DNA from: Phormidesmis sp.
GTDB taxonomy: Bacteria; Cyanobacteriota; Cyanobacteriia; Leptolyngbyales; Leptolyngbyaceae
Assembly (NCBI GenBank): GCA_965248535.1
Contig: CBDFJR010000005.1
Span: 1,216,001-1,280,000 of the forward strand
Reading direction: 5' to 3'
Length of the DNA: 64,000 nt
The translations under genes were made by a program, and so were the position numbers. Below, piece after piece: positions 29,270 through 40,488 of this stretch. How positions within the stretch are numbered: position 1 is the stretch's first letter; each line of letters begins with the position of its first letter. Under the pieces are notes generated by a model, which worked only from the letters and a program-made list of their open reading frames with translations, was not told where the DNA came from and did not search any database.

Positions 29270-29496
29270 AAAATGTAGAAGACCTACTTTATTTTTACAG
29301 TACCTCGCTCACCTGCGATTGTCCTCAGCGTGCGATCGCACTCTCATGTTTTGATTTAGTCAAATTAAAGTTAACAATAGTTCGGACAGTTTTTGCGGTC
29401 AGACGTGGACAGAAAAGCTATCCATCAGCTAGGGTGCAGATTAGAAACAAAGCGCACCGGATGGATAGCCACAGGGAAGAAATTGTACAGACCTTA

Positions 29497-30715
29497 GGGA
29501 CTTGCGGATAAATAATCTCCCAGTCATTCTAGAAAGTAGGAAGCGTAGGTCAGCCGCCGCCCCTATCAATCTCTAGAATTGGAATGTACAGAACCATGTT
29601 AAGCGACTCCATTCAGTCTACTTTCAAAGATGCTGCTCAGAAACTGACTGGCAACCGCAAACGAGACTTCATGGCAAAAGTCACCCAAGACTACTTTGAG
29701 GGTTCAGCCCGTAAAGCAGAAACCGTTTTAGGCTGGTGTCGCCATAGTGTCCAACTGGGTTTGCATGAACAGCGCACCGGAATAGTCTGAGTGGACAACT
29801 ATCAGGCAAGGGGACGACGCAAAAGCGAAGTGGGGAGAAGCGGATATTCGTTCATTGGTAGATGCTCGAGGACCCAAAATTTCAATCGACCTTTCTATTG
29901 CCCGAAGTGGAGCGGCACTTGTGAGTGAGGCGGGTTACGAAGCGCGAATTGACTCGTCAAACAATAAGAGGTGCTGAATCGCCTGGGATATCGCCTAAAA
30001 AAACACAAAAGACCAAACCCTTGAAAAAGATTGCTCAAACGGATGCAATCTTCCAGAATGTCTTTGAACAGTCAGGCATCGGATGATAATGCATTCGTTC
30101 GAATCTCGATTGATAGCAAAGCCAAAGTGAAGAGCGGCAAAGCCAGGACAATCGATCCTCCACAGGCTGATGACCACGACGAGTGGCAAACCGTCTTGGT
30201 GCCCTTTGGAATTCTCAACACTCACACCCACCAATTCGCAATCTACATGGGGCAGTCGGCTGAAACTAGTGATTTTATCGTCAATTGTCTTACCGATTGG
30301 TGGACGCACAATCGACCTAGTTATCCTCAACTCGACGAGTGGGTGATTGACCTTGATGGAGGGGCAGCAACCCGCAGTCGCACACAATTCATCAAACGAA
30401 TGGTCGCTCAGGCAATTGGGGTGACAATCCGATTGATTTACTACCCGCCGTACCACAGCAAATACAATCCAATTGAACGCTGTTGGGCAGTATTAGAGAA
30501 TTATTGGAACGGTGCAATCTTAGATTCAGTCAAGACCGCTCTAAACGCTAGGCGAATAGCCCCAATTGTACAGTGGTCGAAACCACCTATGAAAGAGGAA
30601 TCAAAGCTACCAGAAGAGCTAAAACAGTACCAACCCTTCTGGCAACGTTCTGAAGTATTCATGGGACATCACCATTGTTCCGACTTAGCTGGTAGATTAT
30701 TTACCTGCAAGTCCC
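29497..30715 (+). mobile_element. ISAzo13-family element, degenerate
   Basis: TIRs GGGACTTGCGGATAAATAATCT / AGATTATTTACCTGCAAGTCCC, TTA duplication, RISIDSKAKVK and YYPPYHSKYNPIERCW motifs; stops and frameshifts. Confidence 0.85.
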
Positions 30716-31692
30716 TTACTGTCAAAAGTGGGAAATTTCGCAAACCGCAATCGAAGTTTTTAGTGACGTTATTCTCGACGATTTTGGTGGTGTGTGGCAA
30801 AGTGAACTTCACGAATTTGAGTCGATACAGTGAATTGAATGAGAAGACGTATCGACGGCAGTTTATTGAAGAGGTCGACTTTGCGAAATTGAATGCAACC
30901 CTGATTCAAGCGGCAGCCGAACCGGGGCATCAGCAACTTGCAGTAATGGATTGCTCGTTCCTTCGCAAAAGCGGCAAAGCGACGTTTGGGCTAGACCGCT
31001 TCTGGAATGGCTGCAATAGTCGTGTGGAGCGAGGATTAGAGGTGTCGTTGGTGGGAGTGGTAGAGGTCGAAACGGAGATGAGCTATGCGCTCCACGCCCA
31101 GCAACCTTCGCTCAACGGAGATGGCGGGCGTGAGTCGGATGGATCAGTATCTGGGTCATCTCACTCTGGTACGCTCTCAACTCCCACCCACGGTGCAGTA
31201 TTTAGCCGTCGATGGGGCTTATGCGAAGGAGCGGTTTGTGACGGGTGCCACGCGATTGAAGTTGGATGTGATTAGCAAACTGCGGTGTGACGCGAACCTG
31301 CGTTATCTCTACACCGGGGTGCAGAAGACGCGGGGCAGAAAGCGCAAGTATGACGGCAAAGTTGACCTCACAGACCTCACCCGTTTGACTTGGGTGGAAA
31401 CGGTGCAACCCAAAGTTGACCTCTACACCCAACGCGTCTGGCACGTCTCGCTGAAACGGGAGATTCGAGTTGTCTACCTGGTTGACCGTCGTGCTCCCAA
31501 CCGAGTCCGCACCGCTCTGCTGTTCAGCACCGATGTCGAGCAAGACCCCAAGCAGATTATTCAGTTCTATAAATTGCGCTTCGGGATTGAGATAAGCCAG
31601 CCTCAATGCCCTCATACACCTCTGAAACTTTATGACGCGATTGCATTGGATGAGATCGTTTTTTGGACATCACAAAACTCCTGTCTTAAATT

Positions 31693-33869
31693 CTACGATA
31701 AGTCTGTCTGACTGGAATCAGGGCAGCATGTAATTTCAAGGACTTCGCCGCGCCAACGCTGGCGTAAGATTGCGCCCGGTGGCTGCTGGCGATGGGTTCT
31801 GAGTCGCTCCAACTCCGGTTCATCTGCCCAGATAATCCAATGTTTGGGGAACTCCGGTTGCTGACGCGCTTTCACCCAACCGCGTCTGACCCAGTTGTAG
31901 AGGGTGATAGTTGGCATCTGTAAAAGGGCTGCCAAATCGGGCAACCACCATTCCTGCTCTGCCAAAGCAGATTGAATTTGAGGGGCACGCGGCTCAACCA
32001 ATCCTAATCGCCGGATCAATACCCGAACTTCTTCTCTGTTAAACGTCTTGCGTCGCTTCGGAGGATAGAACCCCTCTTGACGAAGACACTGAACAATCTC
32101 GTCAGTGGGGATACCTGCTTGAACGAGTTGTTCAAGGCGTTGGCACAATTGAGGATAGTTGCTGAGTTGAGTCCATGTTGCAACGGGACGAATCAGGTTC
32201 AGGTTACTGATTGCTCCACCTGTCCATTCAAGTTTAATCTTAACCTGTTCACTATTTCCTTCAACGTTGATGATCACCTTTTTAACGACTTATCGAATAA
32301 TTTCTTTTCGCTGTGTTTGAGTTGTTGTTTTAGCATTCCATAGTATCGGAATATCTTCTGCTAGTTTATGGATCATCTGGCGTTCTTCATTCGTGAGTAA
32401 TCTCGATTGTTGATGCATGAACCGTTGGTAATCCTCTTGCAGTTGTTGTTGAATGTTCAGTTTCGTTTCCCATTCTCGTGCTAATTGTCGTGCCACTAAG
32501 TGGTTTTCAGGTTCGACCAACCGATAGTGCCGCGCGGTTCGCTCTGCCTCAAACGCGGCTCGCTCTAACCGTTGCTGCCAAAGTTGATCTAGCTCGGTGC
32601 GCTCTTGTTCTAAATGGGAAGCGGCAGCAAGCGATAACTCCAGTGCCGCAGGTTCTAATGCGTTTAACACCTGCTCCACAACCAACTCATCTAAACAGGC
32701 TCCAGCGATCTGCTGGCAGACTTTACCGCCATAATCGCATAGCTCGCGCATACAGATGTAGCGATGATTTTGTTGTCGATGGTACTGCACGCTCATCCGA
32801 CACCCACAACGTCCGCATGTGACTAATCCAGACAGCAAAGAGATGCCCGGACGGGTACTCCCTAACTCATCGGCACGAGTTCGATTCGATTTCAACTGAG
32901 CTAGATTCTGTTCGTACTGCTGCCAGGAAATGTAAGCTGGATGGTGGTCGTGAATCAAGACTTGCCATTCCGCTCGTGGGGTGACGACACAGCCTTGGTA
33001 GGGTCGTCCTGCTTTCCGTCCTGCCTGCTGTTTGCTCAGGTCGGTGTGACTTCGACCGTAAGCATAGGCACCTCCATACGCCGGATTCTTTAACAGGTTT
33101 TGCAGCGTGGCACGATTGGGACGGTGCCATTCGAGATCTCCCTGATTCGCACCGGACAAAACGCGCACTCCTACTTGGATCTGATGACCTACTAAGTAGC
33201 GCAGCACCGCACCGCATTCAAGGTGCCTAGCTCCTCAAACTTCCGGAAGATCAGCTTCACCACTTGTTGCACTTGCTCATCAGGGTCGAAGCAAATCTCC
33301 CCAGACAAACGACGCACATAGCCAATCGGCAGATGAAACCCTAACTCTCCCCGTTGCGCTTTATTTAACTTGCCTTGCAGCATTCGTTGTTTCAGAATAT
33401 GCAACTCGGCTTCACTCATGGTGCCTTTCAACCCCAACAGTAAGCGGTCGTTGTACTGACTCGGATCATAGATGCCATCCACATCCGCAATCAGGGTGCG
33501 GAACAGGGCACACACTTCTAACAAGTGATGCCAATCTTTGGAAGAGCGTGCCAACCGTGACATCTCAATTCCTAGAATTAATCCGACATGGTTCAGACTG
33601 ACTTCGGTGACGAGGCGCTGAAAGCCGCTACGACCTTCTGCACTACTGCCCGACTTGCCTAAATCCTCATCAATGGTCAGAATTCGCTCTGGACTCCACC
33701 CTAACGCTTCTGCCCGATGCACCAGTCCATACTGAAGTCGAGTGGATTCTTGATGATCCAGAACTTGTTGTAATGTGGACTGTCGGACGTACACGACCGC
33801 GAGGCGATCTAGATGGTGCGGCAACAGCTTTTCTGACACGAAGCCTTGGACGGGCAGATTAGGAGTCAT
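31693..33869 (-). pseudogene. Large serine recombinase (resolvase + recombinase + Zn ribbon + C-terminal HTH), disrupted
   Basis: YVRQS catalytic motif, EMSRLARS, LSGLVTCGRCG; 5-bp GCGGT duplication near 33205-33215 and an in-frame TAA at 32290. Confidence 0.88.
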
Positions 33870-34068
33870 GCGCCTGACCCTCCACCGAGGGAGCCACAAC
33901 CTGGTTCTCCAGCATTTGGCTCAACACCCAGATCAGGCGTTTGCGGTTGGCAGTCGGGAGTTGATCCCACACATTCTGAGTCAGACTGGCAGGCGGGGGG
34001 GAGGGGTTCTCTCTGGCATACAGTACCTTCTGGGTGAGACGTGAGGGTGATAGCTTGAATGTTTGCAA
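33859..34068 (-). CDS. Small accessory protein of the LSR element
   Basis: 69 aa (..VWDQLPTANRKRLIWVLSQML..) overlapping the LSR start. Confidence 0.55.
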   Translation of the reverse strand: MQTFKLSPSRLTQKVLYARENPSPPPASLTQNVWDQLPTANRKRLIWVLSQMLENQVVAPSVEGQAHDS

Positions 34069-34539
34069 GCGTATTCACGAGGCGAAGTAAACCTTCGATT
34101 CCTAGTTTAGGCGATTGAGTCGATTTTGGATTTATCGGGGTGTTGTGGCTGCCAGATTGAATTTCTCTTCCGGGATGCCAAGCAGTTTACGGGACTGGGG
34201 GATTGTCAAGCCCGCGATGTCTTGAAGCTGGACTTTCACTTCAATGCCAGTTTTACCGCTCTCAATTTGGCAAAGTTCGACGCGCATCAACAGCACCAGG
34301 GTCAAGACCCGTTGGTGTTCTCGATGGCAAGTGTCAAACGTCGTGCCTTCAATCAACACCTACTTGAACGATTTATTGCCACCTTAGACTTGGAGCCAAG
34401 CTTGATTAAATCCCATCCCAACTACTCAACCCTTTGCAATTACGGCACTATCGCCGCCTAAAACTGTCCGAAGTATTGAATCTGCTAACGGTAGGATAAT
34501 CATTGCAAACTTGAACAGCCTTGCAAAGGAACTTTCAGC

Positions 34540-35119
34540 ATGATTCACGCTTACGGAGTCGAAAAAAAGGGCGGTGAACTTAACCCCTTTGAATATGAGC
34601 CTAGAACTTGGGAGGTGAAGAAGTCGAGATTAAGGTCGAATATTGTGGAATCTGCCACAGCGACTTGAGCATGATCAACTAGTAGCAGGGCATGAAGTGG
34701 TTGGCACGATCGCCCAAGTTGGCAATGAAGTCAAAACTCTCAAACCCGGTCAGCGAGTCGGGCTGGGCTGGGACTCTCGATCGTGCATGACCTGTGAATG
34801 GTGTATGTCAGGCAATCACAATCTGTGCTTGGGGGCAGAAGGCACGATCGTGGGTCGCTATAGTGGGTTTGCCGATGCGGTTCGTGCTCACGAGGCGTGG
34901 GTGATTCCGTTACCTGGAGCGATCGGCATTGGGGGCTTGGGTCACATGGGGCTGCGGTTTCTTCACGCTTGGGGCTGCGATGTGACGGCTTTTTCGACCT
35001 GCCCTGATAAAGAGCCTGAAGCTAGAGAACTGGGAGCCAATCACTTCATCAATTCTCGCGATGAAAAGGTGGTGCAGGGTGGAAGTGTGGGGCTGCTAGA
35101 TCTTCCGCGTCGAAGGTAA
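34540..35119 (+). pseudogene. Zn-dependent NAD(P)H alcohol dehydrogenase remnant
   Basis: YCGICHSDL, GHEVVG, CMTCEWCMSGNHNLC, GIGGLGHM with frameshifts and deletions. Confidence 0.8.
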
Positions 35120-35294
35120 ACTTTGGCAGTTTCGGGCAATTACAAAAGATGTCTGGCCCGTAGAGGCGAGGGAAAGGCTTACCCAACAGAAGCGATGGTG
35201 GAGGATGCTGGTAGATATTGGCTCAAAGCTTAATGATGTGAACGATTGCTAAACCAACCGATCGCCCCAACTATCCCGTTATGGCAACTCCTAG

Positions 35295-35591
35295 TTAGGA
35301 GGCCCGGTTGTCAACGAGCGTAGCTACATCAGCAAATTGTATGGTAGGTCGGATGCCATATAGCTCAGTTACTTGTTCGATTAGTTGCGGCGAAAAAAAT
35401 GCCTTCGCTGCCTCCTCAGAATCCCAAACATAGAAATTAAGCGCCTCTTGGTTGACTGAATCAACCGTGAATGTCTTTGAACGGAGCCCAGGCATGCCTT
35501 CAAACTTTGCTCGTGCTCCGTCTGCGATCTGCCGCACGTATGCCTCATTGAATTCGCTTTCATAGCGAAAACGGATAAAAACTGCGATCAT
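35295..35591 (-). CDS. YdhR/ABM-like putative monooxygenase
   Basis: GMPGLRSK..NFYVWDSEEAAKAFF dimeric alpha-beta barrel pattern. Confidence 0.65.
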   Translation of the reverse strand: MIAVFIRFRYESEFNEAYVRQIADGARAKFEGMPGLRSKTFTVDSVNQEALNFYVWDSEEAAKAFFSPQLIEQVTELYGIRPTIQFADVATLVDNRAS

Positions 35592-36005
35592 GGTAGGCTC
35601 CTTGTCTGTTTTCGTCGTGGGTAATGTTTAGTTCAACTCCTACAACCACAGGAATGAAACATACTATAGGTTGCGAAAACTTTTCTAATTTCCGTAACCT
35701 AAATCTATCACTTGTTTGCCTGCTTGAACTCATTGGAGCTAAAAGTTGCCACCAGGGAAGCTCATGACCAATTGTTGAATAATTCACGCAATTGATGAAT
35801 CATTCAACGTGAGTGCCTCTCGAAACTCTTGCCTTTTCTCGGCTTTTGAAAGGGCCCAGATAATAAATTTGGTGGGGAAAAGAAGTGTAGACTTCTACCC
35901 ACCAAAATAGTGTAGATTGACGCGAAGATAACGAGTTCATCAGAGACACCTGTAGTTTCTAAGCCTGGCTCAAAGCGGTCAAATTTAAAAGACTTCGGCT
36001 GCAAA

Positions 36006-37383
36006 TCAAGCGTGAACTAATAGATATTGAGCATTGCCTAACACCTTGCCCGCACCACTCCTAAAATGCTGCATACACAGAAGCAAATACAGTCTCCAGA
36101 TTCGCCGGAACTTGCTATAGCTCATGCCATAGTCTAGTCTTTGAAGCTGGGTTTGGTGATCGTCAAAGTTTTTGAGCCACACTCTTAGCGTCTGGGCGTA
36201 GCTGTTGCCATTGATATACCACTGGCTAACGGTTTTGATGTCTTGATTGATCTGTGGCATCACGTCACAATTCCACACCCGCATATTGGGAAAGATATAT
36301 TGATTGATAAACGGATGGGTGATGTTGCTGGGCAGTTGAGTGCTAATGATGTGAATGAATACTTTCCCATGAGGGTTGAGATAAGTTGCCAGTTTATGGC
36401 AGGATCTCGTCAAGTTGCCAATATGCTCAAATAGCCCGATCGCGATGATTTTGTCGAATCTTGTCACAAACTGCACGTCGTTAAAATCTGCCTCATAGAG
36501 CCTGAAACGATCAGAACTCAGGTGGCTTTCAGGGAGTTGCATTTTCTGGCGAATATAGTCACATTGCGGGTGGCTGAGATTGACAGCAGTGACTCTAGCG
36601 TGAGGAAATCGAGCCAAGATATAGTTTGAGGCAGCACCCCAACCACAGCCCAAGTCTAATATCTCGTCACCATCGTTGATGCCGAGTTTTTCGATCACAT
36701 CATCTAGCATATGCCGTTGAGCTTGCTCTAGATGGGTGGCTCCTTTGTCCCACAGGGCCATGGTGTATTTGGGGTATATCAGTGCCCCTTCGCCCACGCT
36801 AGGACATTTGCTTGCCCTGCACGTCACGCCTGCGAACGAGCAAGACCGAGCGCAGGTCGCAGAACTGATGCACCAAGTGCAGCAGATGACGGGGGAATCC
36901 GTTGAGGTCGCCATCGCGGTTTCGGCGATTAGCGCGAGATTACGAGCGGCTCACAGAAACCCTAATTGGCTTTCACCTGATTGCGTTTGTAATAGTGAGT
37001 ATCATCCTTTGTCCCACAGGGCCATGGTGTATTTGGGGTATATCATGTTGAAAGAGAGTCTTGGGCAAATCGTACTGAATCTGCATTAAGTGTTGCGGGT
37101 CTTCAGCGAGATGCTTGCTTTCTTGCGATAGCCATTCATAGGGCACCAATAGCTCAGAAAAGTGTTTGTAGTTGGTCTGTGCGGAGACATTGAGCAATGA
37201 CTTTAGGGCCGCGTCAGGAATCTCTAAACCGTTGATGTAGGCTTCTGTGCCTGCGGTGGCGAGGATGCTGTTTAGAGCGATCGCCGTGCGAGCAAAAATG
37301 GAATGAGTTGAGGGTGAGGTCGATCCATTTTTCTCTAAAAGCGTCTGCATGGGGGCAGCTTGTGGATTACTCGCAGAACTCAT
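36006..37383 (-). pseudogene. Cyclopropane-fatty-acid-synthase-like SAM methyltransferase interrupted by an IS5 remnant
   Basis: ILDLGCGWG, FDKIIAIGLFEHI, QYIFP; break flanked by 41-bp direct repeats at 36741-36781 and 37005-37045. Confidence 0.8.
36797..37004 (+). mobile_element. Internally deleted IS5-family transposase fragment
   Basis: [21 protein letters not shown]...VEVA joined to [16 protein letters not shown]. Confidence 0.75.
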
Positions 37384-37393
37384 GGGTACACTC

Positions 37394-37591
37394 CTAATGG
37401 GTTAGGGTTGGGACAGCGATCGAGCTTAAACGACTTCTGTTAGGCATGGGAGACAAGAGAGGGCTTGTCAATTGGCTATTTTTTAGTTCAAAAACGGGCA
37501 TTTCTTGCCAGCAAGTTCGGCAAAACCAGTAGGTAGATCTCCCTTTGATGTGGCGAAGAAGGGTATCGGAGCAACAAAGACAATTTTGCAT
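37394..37591 (-). CDS. Small Zn-ribbon-like cyanobacterial hypothetical protein
   Basis: MQNCLCCSDTLLRH....YWFCRTCWQEMP. Confidence 0.7.
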   Translation of the reverse strand: MQNCLCCSDTLLRHIKGRSTYWFCRTCWQEMPVFELKNSQLTSPLLSPMPNRSRLSSIAVPTLTH

Positions 37592-38046
37592 AAGCTCCAA
37601 CTCTGGCTAATTAAATTAATTGATTAAAGTCAGCCGATTAAGGAGTAGGACTGCTGATCGCTAGGGCATAGGGCAGTTGTTGACCCCGATCGCCCACGGT
37701 GATTTTCACTATTTATAAACTGACTAAAAACGTAAAGAATGATGAGTGAATCTATAAACCAGGGAGTAAATCTTAGATTTAAGACTTGGCTGATCTCTGC
37801 TCTGAGACTTGACGCTGTATCGATCGCGAGTGAAGTCGCAGAGAGACACCTGTTCACTCACCTATATTGGCATAGCTGACGCGGTTGAAAAATCTATCGA
37901 CTGATAGAGATAAAATTAAAACATCTTCATAATCTAATTCAAATTAGAAATGAATAAAGATTTAAATCGACTAATCGGCTAAAAATGCAAAAATAGTACC
38001 TTCCACTCTCATTTCAAAACATAAAATGAGACTCTAAAAAAAGAGA

Positions 38047-38451
38047 TCAGCAAAACAATTTTGACCAATCTGCATTCATTAAGGCAATGGTCGGGTCGCG
38101 CTGAATTGCCTGATAATAGCGTTGCTCAGAAGCGCTGCCTGTTGCAGCAGGCTGAAGTAACGTGCGGGCTTGGCTCAAAAACTCAGTGGCTTGGGTGCTA
38201 TTGATCGGCTCTTTGGCCGCCAATGCTTCGTCAACTTGAACGATAAACTGCGAGACGGGACGCAGCCAGCTAAACCATTCATCATCTAAAACGAGCCGAA
38301 ACAACTCGCCCTGCGATCGGATCGGCCCATGAGTCTGCTCATAGGCTTCGCGTTCAGAGTCAAGCAAGGCTTTGTGGAGACGCAGCAGCGATAGACGCAC
38401 GGCTTTGAGGTGTTGCAGCGTAGCGTCAAGAGAGGGATCGATCGCAGACAT
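38047..38451 (-). CDS. Conserved hypothetical protein
   Basis: LLRLHKALLDSER.AYE..HG.I..GEL..L...FSWLRP.S..IV..DE pattern. Confidence 0.75.
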   Translation of the reverse strand: MSAIDPSLDATLQHLKAVRLSLLRLHKALLDSEREAYEQTHGPIRSQGELFRLVLDDEWFSWLRPVSQFIVQVDEALAAKEPINSTQATEFLSQARTLLQPAATGSASEQRYYQAIQRDPTIALMNADWSKLFC

Positions 38452-38514
38452 GAGGCAAAACTCGCAGTAAACACTTCCTCTATCCTGTCACATTCTGCGA
38501 GGCCTAAAAACCCC

Positions 38515-39370
38515 TCATCTTAGCGTTTGAATGTCTTCAACGCTTAAGCCAGTGGTCTGACTGATGGTTTCGATATCTAAAACATCTAATAGCTGCCGGG
38601 CGATGGCGATCGCGCTTTGTTTGGCCCCGATCGCTTCACCTTCTAGCCTGCCTTCTTGTCGGGCTTTGAGAATCGCGTTGCGGCTGTCGTGAATAAAAAT
38701 TTCTCGCTTTTCTAAAACTTCTAACTCTTTGCGCGTTAACTTGCTTTGTTTAGCGACACTAAAGGCGTGATTGATCTCAGGAATCGACTCTAGGCTAGAG
38801 GGCACCGCTTCAAGCTGGTTGGCGCATTTGAGGAAATACAGCCACTTATCACTAATCGATTCCAGTTCTCTGAGCGGTTTGTCAAATTTGGGTAACTCAA
38901 CAAACACAAGCTCGATATCGTCACTGTAATCAGTCAGTTCATCTTGTTCTTTAAGTCTGTATCGAGAAATGACTTTAGGGCTTTCAGAAAACATTTCAAA
39001 ATCTGTGATCGTGAGCGCAATCACAGGATTTAACAAGGTGTAATCGTCTCCTACGTTTAGCTGAATCGAAAATGCCTTTGCAGCGTTGTAAAGAACTCGC
39101 TTCTCAAATCCTAAAACGTTGAGCACCTGCATTTCGATAATCACCGTTTTGTGACCCACGATCGTGGCCTTGACATCCAAGATAAGAGTCTTTAATGCCC
39201 TTAATTCGCGGCGCTTGATAGGGATCGAGAATCTCTAGATCTTCAATAATCGGCCGAGATTGATACAAAATCGCGTTGAGAAAACTGATCAAGATATCTT
39301 TGCTCTGCTTTGAGCCAAAGATCTTCTTAAACGCAAAATCTGTTTTGGGATTGATGTAAACGCCCGACAT
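38515..39370 (-). pseudogene. Rpn family recombination-promoting nuclease (PD-(D/E)XK), frameshifted near 39180
   Basis: YINPKTDFAFKKIFGS, DVKA..VIIEMQV, LVFVELPKF split over two frames. Confidence 0.85.
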
Positions 39371-39632
39371 CGCGATCGCTCACAAAGACTGTCTCTATCC
39401 TACCAATCAGACGGGAAACCCATCTCTTTTGACGGGTTCTCTCCCAAAGCGGCGATCGCGCTCTCATCCCCCATCGGTAACTCCCACTCTTTCGTTACGG
39501 TTTGCCTCAGTGCCCTAATCTACTGCACATCTTAAATTAGATTCATGCAGGTGAGAGCGGTCAAGTTAAACCCTTCCCTCGCTCCAATTCCCTCTCTGTC
39601 AAAAGCTACTCTCTCTCAAAAGGTAACGTCTT

Positions 39633-40154
39633 ATGATGACTCTCGTTAATTGGCAACCCTGGCAAGAAATGGAAGCGATGCGTCGTCAGTTCGATCGCGT
39701 CTTTGAAGACCTAGCAACGGTCAAGCGTGTTGAACCCACCTGGCAACCCGCCGTCGAACTTCAGAGCAGCGATGCCGAATTTGTGCTCCGAGTCCAGCTT
39801 CCTGGCATCGAAGCTAAGGATCTGGCGGTAAAAATCGGTCGCAACGGTGTGGCGCTCTCTGGTGAGCACAAGGCTGAAACCAACACCGAAGAAAATGGCT
39901 TCTTCCGCTCTGAGTTTCGCTATGGCAAGTTTCAGCGCGCGATCTCGCTGCCCTCCCCGGTGGAAAACGATCGGGTCACTGCTGACTTTAAAGATGGCAT
40001 TCTGACCTTGACGCTGCCCAAAGTGCAGGCTGTTCGCCCCTCAGTGGTGACGCTGAATCTGACCGGGCCGAATGAAGCTGATCAAGCTGAAACGGCTACG
40101 ATCGCCTCCTCCACAGACCCGTCTGAAACGGGCGATGCCTGGGCCCAAAGCTAG
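39633..40154 (+). CDS. hspA: Hsp20/alpha-crystallin small heat shock protein
   Basis: WQPAVEL, LPGI, RSEFRYGKFQR.I.LP, FKDGILTLTLPK. Confidence 0.92.
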   Translation: MMTLVNWQPWQEMEAMRRQFDRVFEDLATVKRVEPTWQPAVELQSSDAEFVLRVQLPGIEAKDLAVKIGRNGVALSGEHKAETNTEENGFFRSEFRYGKFQRAISLPSPVENDRVTADFKDGILTLTLPKVQAVRPSVVTLNLTGPNEADQAETATIASSTDPSETGDAWAQS

Positions 40155-40488
40155 AAAAAGCTGAGTTTTGCGGGCTGAATTGGATTGATTTGGCCCGCAA
40201 AATTCTCTCAACCGCCCTCCTTCAGGTTCGGTAAATACGCCTTCATGGATTGACGGAACCTGAACACTATATAAGGAGGGGATCGAATGCCGCTCAGTTG
40301 GCATTGAGTGTATTACTCTCTCACGACCTGACTTGGAGGACGAATTTCGCTGGGCAAGCACCACTCATGCAAAGGGTTTTAAAGCCCGTTTGAGTCCTGG
40401 CTGCCCTCCTTTGCCGATTCTGGCTGACAACGCCAGTCCCCTCATAACCCCTAAAAATCGCATTTATTGTTGGAGCCAAAGCACTCAT

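Larger units (their letters stand above)
31583..34152 (-). mobile_element. 2.57-kb large serine recombinase element (small ORF + LSR)
   Basis: Removal restores the host codons AAA TTG CGC TTC CAG ATT GAA; no TIR or TSD seen. Confidence 0.8.
29375..34478 (+). mobile_element. DDE IS (IS4/IS701-like) carrying two nested insertions
   Basis: 18-bp TIRs CAATAGTTCGGACAGTTT / AAACTGTCCGAAGTATTG; transposase pieces at 29461-29496, 30716-31582 and 34153-34461 (DCSF, VDGAY, RF|QIEFLFRD). Confidence 0.88.

Noticed and set aside
30031..31275. 414-aa ORF as a novel fusion protein
   Set aside because: Chance read-through from the decayed ISAzo13 transposase across its TIR into the host IS transposase.
40333..40488. 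52-aa N-terminal extension of DnaK (and the 28-aa extension of IlvA at 43220)
   Set aside because: ORF-caller extensions to upstream TTG codons; canonical starts are at 40489 and 43304.
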